DNA of 64,000 nt from an uncultured Chroococcidiopsis sp. (GCA_964248365.1 CAXTYC010000004.1:192001-256000), one strand, 5' to 3'; positions 1-9,935 are shown, numbered from the stretch's first letter. Notes: generated by a model from the letters alone, not told the origin. Translations and numbers: made by a program.

Positions 1-1
1 A

Positions 2-262
2 TCCGCCAATGGTGTGCCTTTGAGTGGATCTGGGATCGCATTAACAGCTACTAATCGAGCTTACGATAAACTGATGAAAAAGCTCCTGAAAGCTGCCCAG
101 AATCACGGCGGCGTAATTTCCGTTACTCAAGCAGTAATGGATACAGGAGCCAGCTTTGATGAAGTAGAAACTGTTTTGAAGGAAATGGTCAAATCAGGTT
201 ACGTTATGGTTGGGAACCACCCCAAAACAGGAGCGGTAATTTACCACTTTCTAGAACTTTAA
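2..262 (+). CDS. 3' part of a conserved cyanobacterial protein (TM2/NINE-domain protein C-terminus); 5' end lies outside the window
   Basis: Frame is open from the window edge. LLKAAQNHGGVISVTQAVMDTG...GYV..GNHPKTGAVIYHF resembles the C-terminal region of cyanobacterial TM2-domain proteins. Confidence 0.6.
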   Translation, partial: SANGVPLSGSGIALTATNRAYDKLMKKLLKAAQNHGGVISVTQAVMDTGASFDEVETVLKEMVKSGYVMVGNHPKTGAVIYHFLEL

Positions 263-272
263 CTAGCCATTT

Positions 273-1049
273 TTAATTTAATTGCAGCCACTTTTGACCA
301 TTTAACCGCTGCACTAAGCCATATATCATCAGATCAAGTGTGACTTTACGCTCATCAATTAAGAATGGCTCTAGTGTGCTGGGATGAGAACCTTCGTTGC
401 AAGAAAAAGCTCTTTTTCCTTGAATATCTTCATCTGGAAAATAGAGATTGAATTGCCGCGAATCATTCTGCCAATGACCAACTATTTGCCAGCATTCATC
501 CCCAGTGTAACCAGCAATTGGGAATTTTTGCTTAGCAAAAGTTAGGTCTACATCAGCAGCACCAGTCTCGGCTAGTACCTTCTTCACAGCTGGTATGTAA
601 TCTTGTTGAATGAACTCGGCAAACGGCTTATCTTCAACTGCTGGTGCTTTCTCTTTTTTTGCCTTGGCTGCGGCTGGTTTATCACCATCTGCCTCAGCCC
701 CGTCTGGCTTTTCTGCCTTCCCTTCAGCTTTTTTCGCGCCAGGCTTCCCAGCAGCCATAGCTTGCAAGTCACCTTCATTCGGGTTGTCTACTACTGCTGT
801 ACCTTTCTCCTTTGCTTCATCAGTGTTCGCCACTAAATTTGCAGCAGGATCGGGCGCGTTAGCAGTGGGTATTTCTGCTGCTACAGCTTCAGACTCACTA
901 CGAAGGTTTTCTGAGATAACGCTAGGTGCTTGTTCCTCAACGGTACTAGGAGGAGCATTTTCTCCCGCCGTCGAACCTGCGGGTGCTTGTCCTTCTGGTG
1001 TGGATTGAGTAGATTCGTCCGTACTATTTGGGGTAGTTTCTTCTGCCAT
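273..1049 (-). CDS. ndhV: DUF2996 family protein, NDH-1 subunit NdhV-like
   Basis: Low-complexity N-terminus followed by KPFAEFIQQDYIP...FNLYF...LEPFLIDERKVTLDL...RLNGQKWL, typical of DUF2996. Confidence 0.75.
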   Translation of the reverse strand: MAEETTPNSTDESTQSTPEGQAPAGSTAGENAPPSTVEEQAPSVISENLRSESEAVAAEIPTANAPDPAANLVANTDEAKEKGTAVVDNPNEGDLQAMAAGKPGAKKAEGKAEKPDGAEADGDKPAAAKAKKEKAPAVEDKPFAEFIQQDYIPAVKKVLAETGAADVDLTFAKQKFPIAGYTGDECWQIVGHWQNDSRQFNLYFPDEDIQGKRAFSCNEGSHPSTLEPFLIDERKVTLDLMIYGLVQRLNGQKWLQLN

Positions 1050-1118
1050 TGCGAGAGGTGAATCCTTTGTGTAGCTTCATGGGCGATCGCTCACTTTTAT
1101 CATAGCGATCGTTTGTCA

Positions 1119-1152
1119 TTGGTAGTTGGTAGTTGGTAGTTGGTAGTTGGTA
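1119..1152. repeat. Short tandem heptamer repeat (TTGGTAG)n, STRR type
   Basis: About 5 tandem copies read directly from the sequence. Confidence 0.85.
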
Positions 1153-1194
1153 ATTCCTCACCACTCGTACCTCAAAAGCCGCCTCTTCTATTGA

Positions 1195-1470
1195 TCAACC
1201 ACCAGCCACAGCGGGGACAATACTTACTTCGTCGCCTTCTTTTAGGGGTGTGTCCGTTCCTTCTAAAAAGCGGATATCTTCGCTATTGACATATAGGTTC
1301 AAAAATCGTCGCGGTTGTCCTTGTTCATCACAAAGGCGAGACTTGATCCCTGGAAAGTTTTGCTCTAGGGATTCGAGTAGTTCAGCAATGTTGCTACCGC
1401 TACATTCCAATGTAGCTTGATCGTTGGTGAATTTTTGCAGGGGAGTGGGAATTAGAACTTTTACAGACAT
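1195..1470 (-). CDS. MoaD/ThiS/CysO-family sulfur carrier protein
   Basis: 91 aa ubiquitin-like fold signature, C-terminal ...IVPAVAGG, directly downstream of the ThrC-like gene. Confidence 0.9.
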   Translation of the reverse strand: MSVKVLIPTPLQKFTNDQATLECSGSNIAELLESLEQNFPGIKSRLCDEQGQPRRFLNLYVNSEDIRFLEGTDTPLKEGDEVSIVPAVAGG

Positions 1471-1570
1471 AATTAGGGACTAGGGGCGATCGTACTAGGG
1501 ACTAGGGGAAAAACCCTAATCCAAAATCGGTAAAAAAGCTAATAGCTAATAGCTAATCGCGCGCCAGCTA

Positions 1571-2875
1571 TTAGACTAGGACTTGTTGCCAGTCGAGGCG
1601 CTCTAAAGTACGCGATCGCTCTAGCGCTCTTTCAAAACTATCTAGTTTTGGCTCAATTGTGAGTGGTTCGCCAATGTAGCCTTGTACAGCTTCCTGAGTC
1701 TTCAGACCATTTCCTGTAATATAAGCCACAGTGGTTTCATCTGGATCAATTTTGCCTGCTTCTACTAGTTTTTTCAGCACGGCGATCGTTGTTCCGCCTG
1801 CTGTTTCAGTGAAGATGCCTTCGGTTTCTGCTAGCAGTTTGATGCCTTCAATAATCTCTGCATCATTGACTGATTCAATGTTGCCATTGGTTTTGCGAGC
1901 TATGTCAAGGGCATAGACACCATCAGCAGGGTTGCCGATCGCTATCGATTTAGCAATTGTATTCGGTTTTACTGGTTTGATAAAGTCTTTTTCTTCTCGA
2001 TAAGCAGTTGCAATCGGTGAGCAACCTTCTGCTTGAGCGCCGCTGAAGCGCACACTCTTATCTTCCACCAAGCCAACTTGAATAAATTCTTGGAACCCTT
2101 TGTAAATCTTTGTAAATAGTGAACCCGAAGCTAGGGGAGCAACAATATGATCTGGCAGTTGCCAACCGAGTTGTTCTGCTACTTCATAACCTAGTGTTTT
2201 TGAGCCTTCGGAATAGTAGGGACGCAAGTTGATATTGACAAAACCCCAGCCATATGTATTGGCAACTTCAGAGCAGAGGCGGTTAACCTGGTCGTAGTTG
2301 CCATGTACAGCCATGACGGTAGGGCTGTAGATCAAAGTACCTAGAACCTTACCTGCTTCCAAATCAGACGGGATGAATACACAACAGTCTAGACCAGCAT
2401 GAGCGGCGATCGCAGCTGTAGAATTTGCCAAATTCCCCGTACTGGCACAGGAGACGGTAGTAAAGCCCAACTCACGCGCACGGGTGAGGGCAACTGACAC
2501 TACCCTATCCTTGAAGCTCAGTGTAGGCATATTGACGGCATCGTTTTTGATATAAAGCTGCTTCAGCCCTAAGCGACGTGCCAAGCGATTGGCGCGAACT
2601 AGGGGTGTTAAGCCAGTTCCCACGTCAATTGGATTGTCGGTAGCAACAGGCAAGAAAGGACGATAGCGCCAAATTGAATGTGGTCCTGCTTGAATGCTTT
2701 CCTTTGTAACTATACGGCGCAAAGCATTGTAATCGTAGCTTACTTCCAATGGTCCAAAACAGAACTCACAGACATGACTTGCTTTGAGTTCGTACTCAGC
2801 GCCACATTCCTTACACTTGAGCGCTTTAAAAGTGGCATCTGTTGCTTGGGTTTGGTTTGTGGTCACCTGGGTCAT
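1571..2875 (-). CDS. Threonine synthase-like PLP enzyme (fold type II) with N-terminal Zn ribbon
   Basis: PTLSFKDR PLP-lysine motif, CASTGN, CKECG..CEFC. Likely ATG start at 2875 (ORF track extends to 2905). Confidence 0.85.
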   Translation of the reverse strand: MTQVTTNQTQATDATFKALKCKECGAEYELKASHVCEFCFGPLEVSYDYNALRRIVTKESIQAGPHSIWRYRPFLPVATDNPIDVGTGLTPLVRANRLARRLGLKQLYIKNDAVNMPTLSFKDRVVSVALTRARELGFTTVSCASTGNLANSTAAIAAHAGLDCCVFIPSDLEAGKVLGTLIYSPTVMAVHGNYDQVNRLCSEVANTYGWGFVNINLRPYYSEGSKTLGYEVAEQLGWQLPDHIVAPLASGSLFTKIYKGFQEFIQVGLVEDKSVRFSGAQAEGCSPIATAYREEKDFIKPVKPNTIAKSIAIGNPADGVYALDIARKTNGNIESVNDAEIIEGIKLLAETEGIFTETAGGTTIAVLKKLVEAGKIDPDETTVAYITGNGLKTQEAVQGYIGEPLTIEPKLDSFERALERSRTLERLDWQQVLV

Positions 2876-2915
2876 AGCTTGCTGCTTTTCCTCGATATCC
2901 GTCAACTGTCGATTG

Positions 2916-2972
2916 ATAGTAACACCTGGTAAATAATTGAGTCAAATATACCCGACTTTTTTTGTCGGGTTT
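2916..2972 (-). promoter_or_regulatory. Sigma70-type promoter of the ThrC-like operon with an adjacent IscR/Rrf2-type palindrome
   Basis: Minus strand: TTGACT (2945-2940), 18 nt, extended -10 TGnTACTAT (2924-2916). Palindrome ATACCCGACTTTTTTTGTCGGGTTT at 2948-2972. Confidence 0.6.
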
Positions 2973-2979
2973 AGTTGGC

Positions 2980-3026
2980 TTGACAAAACTAATAAAGTTA
3001 GTTTTAACTAATACTATTAGTTAAAA
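2980..3026 (+). promoter_or_regulatory. TetR gene promoter with two tandem operator-like palindromes
   Basis: TTGACA at 2980-2985; AAAACTAA-n5-TTAGTTTT (2985-3005) and TTTTAACTAAT-n3-ATTAGTTAAAA (3002-3026). Confidence 0.65.
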
Positions 3027-3156
3027 TTTGGCTCTCAATCATGCGCTTCCTAATCCGCGCATCCGTTCTAGGCTCCTGCTTGGAAACGAGGCTTAAAAAT
3101 CTAGTCAGGTGGGTATGGGTGGCATACTAATCGAAAATCTAAAATCCAAAATCGAA

Positions 3157-3750
3157 ATGCCACGTCCTAAAGGGCAAACTTTGACTCAGAAAGATATTGT
3201 GGAAGCTGCGATCGCCTGCATCCAAAAAGAAGGTGAATCAGCATTAGGTGTAAACCGAGTCGCTAGGGAACTAGGAATTCAACCGCCATCCTTGTATAAC
3301 CACATTGCTGGAAATGAGGAATTGCGGCGGCTAGTGGTAGTGGAGGGCTGGCGGCGTTGTCTTGCTGCTTGTCTTCCACCTGCAACAGAGATTGAAGATG
3401 GACGAGAAAGGCTAAAGAAAAGTGCATATCGATTCCGGCGCTTTGTGCAAGAGAATCCATCGCTGTATGCAGTTTTGATGCGGTACAAATTAGATTTGAG
3501 CGTTCCAGAATTCGCCGCAATCTTTCAACAAGTCATCAAGTTCTACACCGAAATCCTAGAGCCTTATGGATTTAGTTCAGATGAAATTGTCCACACATCT
3601 CGCTTGGCTACTTCTGTGATGCATGGCTTTGTCAGCGTTGAACAAGCAGGTTTATTTACCTACAGTTTATCGACAAATGAAAGTTTCGAGTGGATTGTAA
3701 ACACGATTATTGATGCACTTGAGCAGAAAAAACGCTTACCGAGCGATTGA
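3157..3750 (+). CDS. TetR/AcrR family transcriptional regulator
   Basis: N-terminal HTH ...LGVNRVARELGIQPPSLYNH; C-terminal ...MHGFVSVE. ATG at 3157. Confidence 0.9.
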   Translation: MPRPKGQTLTQKDIVEAAIACIQKEGESALGVNRVARELGIQPPSLYNHIAGNEELRRLVVVEGWRRCLAACLPPATEIEDGRERLKKSAYRFRRFVQENPSLYAVLMRYKLDLSVPEFAAIFQQVIKFYTEILEPYGFSSDEIVHTSRLATSVMHGFVSVEQAGLFTYSLSTNESFEWIVNTIIDALEQKKRLPSD

Positions 3751-3759
3751 GGTGAATTT

Positions 3760-5238
3760 ATGAGTGACCTTGTTTTTCTTCCTGCCCATGAGTTAGCCAA
3801 AGGAATACGCGATCGCACCTTTTCCGCCGTCGAAGTATTAGACGCATATTTAGAGCAAATTGTCAAACACAACTTCAAACTAAATGCAGTTTGCACCCTG
3901 AATGAAGAAAACGCACGTAAACGAGCAAAACAAGCAGATGAAGCCTTAGCGCGAGGCGAAAACTGGGGCATTTTACACGGAGTACCCATCACCATCAAAG
4001 ACATCTTTGAAACGGCTGGACTACGTACAACGGCAGGCTATAAACCGCTCAAAGATTACGTTCCTGGGCAAGATGCAACGGTTGTTTCTCGTCTGGGTGC
4101 GGCTGGGGCGATTATTGTGGGTAAAACGAATGTGGCTGAACTGGCAGGGGATTACCAAGGCATCAATGATTTATTTCCCCGTGTCAATAATCCCTGGAAT
4201 TTAAACTGCACTCCTGGTGGTAGTTCTAGCGGTAGTGCTGCTGCTGTTGCGGCTGGTTTATCACCTCTGGATCTGGGTAATGATTTTGGTGGTTCAATTC
4301 GTCAACCAAGTCATTTCTGTGGTGTATTCGGATTCAAACCAACAGATCGCCGTGTATCGACAACAGGTATGATTCCTGAAGTTCCTGGGATGCCTAAATC
4401 CATTCGTCAAATGATGACGGTAGGACCACTAGCTAGATCAATTGAAGACTTGCGATTATGCTTTTCGCTGATAGCAGGTGCTGATCCACAACAACCAGAC
4501 ATTCCACCTGTTCCCCTCGATACACCTTCGCAAAAGTCTCTACAAAATTTGCGAATTGCTTGGACAGAGGAATGGCAACATTTCCCAGTTGCAATAGAAA
4601 TCAAATCAGCGATTGTGTCAGTTGCGGGGCAACTGGCTGATGTAGGAATGCAAATTGAACAATGGGTTCCAAACTTTGATTTTGTTGCTGCTTGTCAGAT
4701 TTACTTTGCTGTCGCAACTTACAATATGATCTACTCACAACAGATCGCGTTTGATGATGTTCGTAAGCAGATGCCGTTTCTGTTTCGTGAGGCTACACAA
4801 GGCGATCCCACGTTACGCAAAGGAATTAACACAGCCCGAACGGGGCTGTCTATTTGGTTGAACCCAAGCTTGAAAGGTTATTTTGAAGCTTTGACAGAAC
4901 GCGATCGCCTGATTGCTCAAATGGACAAGGAACTAGAACAATGGGACGTGTGGCTGTGTCCTGTTGCAATGACACCTGCATTCATTCATCGTGCTAAGGG
5001 TGAAGCGGTTGAGGTGGATGGTAGAAAAGTCCCTTACCTAATGGCATCAGGCGCTTATACAATACCCTTCAGTTTTACAGGTCATCCAGTCGTGGTGATA
5101 CCAATTGGACAAACTCAAACTGGATTACCAATTGGAATGCAGATTGTTGGTAAACGATGGAAGGAAATGGAATTACTAGCGACAGCCAGACAACTGACCG
5201 AAATCACCCAAGCCTACCAACGCCCACCAGGATATTAA
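3760..5238 (+). CDS. Amidase signature family enzyme
   Basis: GVPITIKD, PGGSSSGSAAAVA and GNDFGGSIRQP (Ser-cisSer-Lys triad motifs). Confidence 0.92.
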   Translation: MSDLVFLPAHELAKGIRDRTFSAVEVLDAYLEQIVKHNFKLNAVCTLNEENARKRAKQADEALARGENWGILHGVPITIKDIFETAGLRTTAGYKPLKDYVPGQDATVVSRLGAAGAIIVGKTNVAELAGDYQGINDLFPRVNNPWNLNCTPGGSSSGSAAAVAAGLSPLDLGNDFGGSIRQPSHFCGVFGFKPTDRRVSTTGMIPEVPGMPKSIRQMMTVGPLARSIEDLRLCFSLIAGADPQQPDIPPVPLDTPSQKSLQNLRIAWTEEWQHFPVAIEIKSAIVSVAGQLADVGMQIEQWVPNFDFVAACQIYFAVATYNMIYSQQIAFDDVRKQMPFLFREATQGDPTLRKGINTARTGLSIWLNPSLKGYFEALTERDRLIAQMDKELEQWDVWLCPVAMTPAFIHRAKGEAVEVDGRKVPYLMASGAYTIPFSFTGHPVVVIPIGQTQTGLPIGMQIVGKRWKEMELLATARQLTEITQAYQRPPGY

Positions 5239-5268
5239 GGCTTCTTGCTCCAAGTAGGGTAAACTGAT

Positions 5269-5432
5269 ATCTTGCACCTAACCCCATCTCCCGCCAAGAA
5301 ATAAATTTCAAAGGACCAAAGCCACTCGTCCACTGAAGTGGACTAAAAACCTTACCTAGTCTTCTTTAGAAGACGAGAGCTATTAGCCTTTTGAATTCAT
5401 TCAAAAGGCGGTTGTGGGAAGTGGTGCAAGAT
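5269..5432. repeat. About 160-bp MITE-like palindromic element, copy 1
   Basis: Terminal IR ATCTTGCACC/GGTGCAAGAT with internal hairpins; homologous copy at 58218-58370. Confidence 0.7.
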
Positions 5433-5520
5433 CAGCAGGTAAAGGGAAAAGAGGTATTGCGGTAAAGGTAATTTCTCCCCTTTGCTCCCTTTTGCTCCCT
5501 TTTGCTCCCTTTTGCCCTCT

Positions 5521-5778
5521 TCACCCGCCGCTGACGGGTGGAATTAGTACCACTTCATCGCCGTCTTGCAGGATGGTATCTGGTTCTACAAATTGCAAAT
5601 TAACACCAAAGCGAGTTAGATCCCGCCACCGCGCAAGTTGTGGGTGTTCGCTAATTAGGCGATCGCGTACTGCTGCTACTGTTATACGTGGGGGAAATTC
5701 CAGCACTATTTCGGAAACACCATAAGCTTCTTGATAGGCAGCGAAGAGCTTAACTGTAACTTTGACGGTATCAGCCAT
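5521..5778 (-). CDS. moaD: Molybdopterin synthase sulfur carrier subunit MoaD-like
   Basis: VKLFAAYQE...GVNLQFV...DEVVLIPPVSGG with C-terminal GG. Confidence 0.8.
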   Translation of the reverse strand: MADTVKVTVKLFAAYQEAYGVSEIVLEFPPRITVAAVRDRLISEHPQLARWRDLTRFGVNLQFVEPDTILQDGDEVVLIPPVSGG

Positions 5779-5951
5779 AAATATAAATTAAATATTTTTA
5801 ATAATTATTAATAATTATTAAACAAATCTTTTTCCACCAGCACAAATATAGTGTCAAATATAACTTAGTAACAGCAATTAGCTGGCGCGCGTTAGCTATT
5901 AGCTAATTGCTAACAGCTAACCCCTAACAGCTAATAGCTAATAGCTAAAAA

Positions 5952-6545
5952 CTATGGACGTTCTTCAATTACACGGTCAATTAGACCATATTCCTTGGCT
6001 TCCTGAGCAGACATGAAAAAGTCACGATCCATGTCTTTTTCAATCTTGGGGAGGGGCTGACCTGTATTATCAGCATAGATCTGATTGAGATGCTGGCGAA
6101 TCCGCAAGATTTCTCTAGCTTCAATCTCAATATCTGTTGCCTGTCCTCTCGCACCACCAGAAGGTTGGTGAATCATAATCCGAGAGTGAGGTAGCGCCAG
6201 TCGTTTTCCTTTAGTGCCTGCGGCAAGTAGGAACGAACCCATAGAGGCGGCTAAGCCCACACAAATGGTTGCTACATCTGATTTGATGTGCTGCATGGTG
6301 TCATAAATTGCCATGCCAGATGTCACCATTCCCCCTGGAGAATTGATGTATAGAAGTATGTCTTTGCCTGGATCTTCTGAATCCAGATAAAGCATAAAGG
6401 CGATGATTTCGTTGGCAATCTCATCATTAACTTCTTGCCCTAAGAAAATAATGCGATCGCGGGCAAGACGATTGTAGATGTGAATCCACTGAGTATAGGG
6501 TTCCCCCGGCAATCGGTAGGGGACGCTAGGATACCCGATAGGCAT
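5952..6545 (-). CDS. clpP: ATP-dependent Clp protease proteolytic subunit (ClpP3 type)
   Basis: YINSPGG, AASMG catalytic Ser, MIHQP, DRD; located downstream of clpR. Confidence 0.95.
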   Translation of the reverse strand: MPIGYPSVPYRLPGEPYTQWIHIYNRLARDRIIFLGQEVNDEIANEIIAFMLYLDSEDPGKDILLYINSPGGMVTSGMAIYDTMQHIKSDVATICVGLAASMGSFLLAAGTKGKRLALPHSRIMIHQPSGGARGQATDIEIEAREILRIRQHLNQIYADNTGQPLPKIEKDMDRDFFMSAQEAKEYGLIDRVIEERP

Positions 6546-6767
6546 AATTTACTCCGTTTTTAATTTGCTGGGGGTAGTTAATAGAAAGGATGAAGGATAA
6601 AGGCTGAAGGCAAAAAGGATAAAGGTAAAAGGTAAAAGGGGAAAGGGGAAAGGGAAAAGGGAAAGAATTAAATTTTCTGTCTCCTGTCTCCTGTTTCCAC
6701 AACTCCACAACTTCACAACTCCACAACTCCACAACTCCTTCATACTTCACACTTCATACTTCAACCT

Positions 6768-7424
6768 TTAGGCGACTCCGGCTGGTAGTGGAGGATTGGC
6801 TAAGTCTTGTTTTTCTAGAACTCTGTCAATTAGCCCATACTCTTTAGCCTGCACTGGAGTCATGTAGAACAACCGATCCATGTCTTTGGAAACTTTTTCT
6901 AGCGGCTGACCAGTGGTATGAGATAAAATTTCAAGCATCGTTGCCTTATTCGCCAGAACTTCCTTAGCTCGGATCTGAATATCCGTTGCTTGACCTTGGG
7001 CGTAGCTCTTGGGTTGGTGCAAGATAATACTGGCGTTAGGCAGACTCGCCCGACAACCTTTTGTACCAGCTGAGAGAAGCATCGCTGCCATACCCATTGC
7101 TGAACCAATACAAATGGTATGAATAGGGGGCTTGATGTATTTTATCGTGTCATAGATGGCAAAGGCTTCGGTTTCAAAACCGACCGGATCGCCACCATAG
7201 CTAGAGGTTCCAGTAGAGTTGATGTAGATTTTAATCGGTTTGTCAGGATCGTCGGATTGCAAATACAGCAGTTCGGCGATTATAAGTTTCGTTACCTCTG
7301 GCACTAGGGGCATACCGAGATAGACAATCCGCTCTTTTAATAATAAAGAGGGTAAATCTGGCGGTGGTGTGCGGTAGAAGTTATCGCCATAATAAGGAGA
7401 TTGAACAGCTTTAATTGGTTCCAT
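6768..7424 (-). CDS. clpR: ClpR, non-catalytic Clp protease subunit
   Basis: RTPPPDLPSLLLKERIVYLGMPL N-terminus; catalytic Ser replaced by Gly (AMGMA); clpR-clpP3 gene order. Confidence 0.9.
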   Translation of the reverse strand: MEPIKAVQSPYYGDNFYRTPPPDLPSLLLKERIVYLGMPLVPEVTKLIIAELLYLQSDDPDKPIKIYINSTGTSSYGGDPVGFETEAFAIYDTIKYIKPPIHTICIGSAMGMAAMLLSAGTKGCRASLPNASIILHQPKSYAQGQATDIQIRAKEVLANKATMLEILSHTTGQPLEKVSKDMDRLFYMTPVQAKEYGLIDRVLEKQDLANPPLPAGVA

Positions 7425-7769
7425 AGCAAATAAGAGCGCTCTTAATAATGCCATTATCTTTTGTAATCCTAGCTTGACAATTGACCTAGTAGTGGTACGG
7501 ATTCCTCGCCTTCTTTCCCCGTGCTGCCAGGAAATTCCGTCTTAAAAAAATGACGGTCCTTCATAACAGATCAACCGTGATGCCAACAAATAACCCCAAA
7601 ACAAGGACTGTCCTTTTTTTAGGGTTCCATCGGATTCCCATACAAGAACGATTTAGGTTAGTAAGATATTCTGTTTATTAGGAATGTAGATATATTTAAA
7701 TGATTTTTCCGTAGCAACATAGTGCTATGGAGTGGTTGATATAAGCTCTGGATTTAGATAGGATGGGGT

Positions 7770-9014
7770 ATGAATGTCTTCTTGCAGCCTGCTCTCAATG
7801 ATGTCAATTTAGACGGGACGCAACCGAGTAGTCAGCGTCAATTGGCAGTGTCAATTTCGGCGATCGCCAACGATAGGTCGCCCAATGTGCCACTTAATCT
7901 TTGCTTAATTCTTGACCAAAGCGGTTCAATGAAAGGGGAACCGATAGAAATGGTCAAAAAAGCAGCTTTGCGGTTGGTAGACAAACTACAAAGTTGCGAT
8001 CGCTTGTCTGTAGTAGTTTTCGCCCACCGAGCCAAAGTACTAGTACCCAATCAATATGTTGAAGATCCAATCCATATTAAGCGGCAAATTGAGCGGCTTT
8101 ATGCTGAGGGTGGCACATCCATTGATGAAGGGCTGAAATTGGGAGTTGAGGAACTGGGGAAGGGCAAAAAAGAAGCAATTTCTCAGGCATTTTTGTTGAC
8201 TGACGGTGAAAACGAACACGGTGATAACAATCGCTGCCTCAAATTAGCCCAACTGGCTGCTAGCTACAACTTAACACTCAATACCCTAGGATTTGGTGAC
8301 TACTGGAACCAGGATATTTTGGAAAAAATTGCCGATGGTGGTGGTGGCAGTTTGTCTTATATTCAAAGACCAGATCAAGTAGTGGAAGAATTTGGTCGCC
8401 TATTCAACCGTATTCAAGCAGTGGGACTGACGAATGCTTACCTGCAACTATCCCTCCTGCCCAAAGTACGCCTAGCAGAACTCAAACCAATCGCCCAAGT
8501 TGCTCCTGATACAATTGAACTGCCACTGCAACAAGATGCTGATGGCAAATATACTGTGCGCCTGGGAGATTTGATGCAAGACGTGCAGCGGGTAGTGTTG
8601 GCGAATATGTATGTCGGTCAACTGCCAGAAGGCAGACAAACAATTGCCAACATCCAAGTGTGTTATGACGATCCAGCTACAAACTCTTCTGGTCTAATCT
8701 CTGAAAATATTCCCATAGAAGTCAACGTAATGCGAAATTATGTGCCAAACGTTGATCCCCAGGTGCAGCGATATATCCTTGCCTTAGCCAAGTATCGACA
8801 AACTCAGCTAGCAGAGGCAAAGTTGCAACAAGGCGATCGCGCTGGTGCAGCAACAATGTTACAAACCGCCGCCAAAACTGCCCTGCAAATGGGCGACAAA
8901 GGAGCAGCTACAGTACTACAAACGAGTGCCACTCGTCTACAAGCTGGAGAAGAACTTTCAGAAGCAGAGCGCAAGAAAACCAGAATTGTCTCGAAAACTA
9001 TCTTGCAGGAGTAG
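7770..9014 (+). CDS. von Willebrand factor type A domain protein
   Basis: MIDAS DQSGS, GGT, LLTDG motifs. Confidence 0.88.
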   Translation: MNVFLQPALNDVNLDGTQPSSQRQLAVSISAIANDRSPNVPLNLCLILDQSGSMKGEPIEMVKKAALRLVDKLQSCDRLSVVVFAHRAKVLVPNQYVEDPIHIKRQIERLYAEGGTSIDEGLKLGVEELGKGKKEAISQAFLLTDGENEHGDNNRCLKLAQLAASYNLTLNTLGFGDYWNQDILEKIADGGGGSLSYIQRPDQVVEEFGRLFNRIQAVGLTNAYLQLSLLPKVRLAELKPIAQVAPDTIELPLQQDADGKYTVRLGDLMQDVQRVVLANMYVGQLPEGRQTIANIQVCYDDPATNSSGLISENIPIEVNVMRNYVPNVDPQVQRYILALAKYRQTQLAEAKLQQGDRAGAATMLQTAAKTALQMGDKGAATVLQTSATRLQAGEELSEAERKKTRIVSKTILQE

Positions 9015-9146
9015 CCACCCATGCCCAGCATAACGGCAGCTAGTGTAAAGGCGCGCTTTCACCAAGGGGCAAGTTCGGATCATCGAAGAGCCTATGCATG
9101 AAAATTCTTTGAGGCTTTTGGTGTGGCGTAAGTTTTTTAGTTTTTT

Positions 9147-9935
9147 TCAAGCGAAATCGTAACTAAATCGGATGTTGTCTTTGTCGATGCCGTCAAGTAC
9201 AACAGAGAGTCCACCCATACGAATCATCCACTCAAGACGATGATCGCGGTACTCACGTTTGAACTGGTTCTGCTCAACGAGGTGCGAAAATTGCTCCAAT
9301 CCGGCAATTGCGTCTTTTGCTTCCTGCAACGTTTGAGCGACGCTTGGACGTATATTAACGCGCTCCAGCCAATCGGCGAGTGGGGAGCCAGGTTCCGGCA
9401 CAATGCCGAATACAGTTGACGACACGTTGATGTGGGGGACGATACACAGATCGCTCCAGCCAAAACGGTTGCCGTTGAACCATTGGCGATCGCCTAGCTG
9501 GTTTGTGAGCCATTGGCGGCACTTGGCAGCTTGTTGTTTGGCATTCCCAACGATCTTTTCCGCCAGCTCACCTTTTGCCCGACCAAAGAAGTTGATCTCA
9601 CCAAGCCCCCAGTTGATCGGTTCGTAGTAGGTGTCCATGACTTCTTCGATCGTGCGGACACGGGCGCGCTCCGCCGGATTGCTCGGCAGTAGTGGTGGCT
9701 CTGACCATTTATCTTCGATGTACTCCAAGATGATTGTAGAGTCGAAGATCTTGATGTCGCCGTCAATGAGGGCTGGTACCTCCGCACGGGGATTGGCTTG
9801 GAGGAACTCGCTGCCCCCGAACCCGCTCCCACCAAGCCCAGGTGTCCTGGTTTCAAACTCAATTCCCTTTTCGCGCAAGGCGATTTTTATCTTCTGTACA
9901 TACGGAGATAGCGGGTGTTCGTAGACGATGATCAT
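9147..9935 (-). CDS. Glutathione S-transferase family protein
   Basis: SPYVQKIKIALREKG, NPRAEVPAL, DSTIILEYIED. Confidence 0.9.
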   Translation of the reverse strand: MIIVYEHPLSPYVQKIKIALREKGIEFETRTPGLGGSGFGGSEFLQANPRAEVPALIDGDIKIFDSTIILEYIEDKWSEPPLLPSNPAERARVRTIEEVMDTYYEPINWGLGEINFFGRAKGELAEKIVGNAKQQAAKCRQWLTNQLGDRQWFNGNRFGWSDLCIVPHINVSSTVFGIVPEPGSPLADWLERVNIRPSVAQTLQEAKDAIAGLEQFSHLVEQNQFKREYRDHRLEWMIRMGGLSVVLDGIDKDNIRFSYDFA

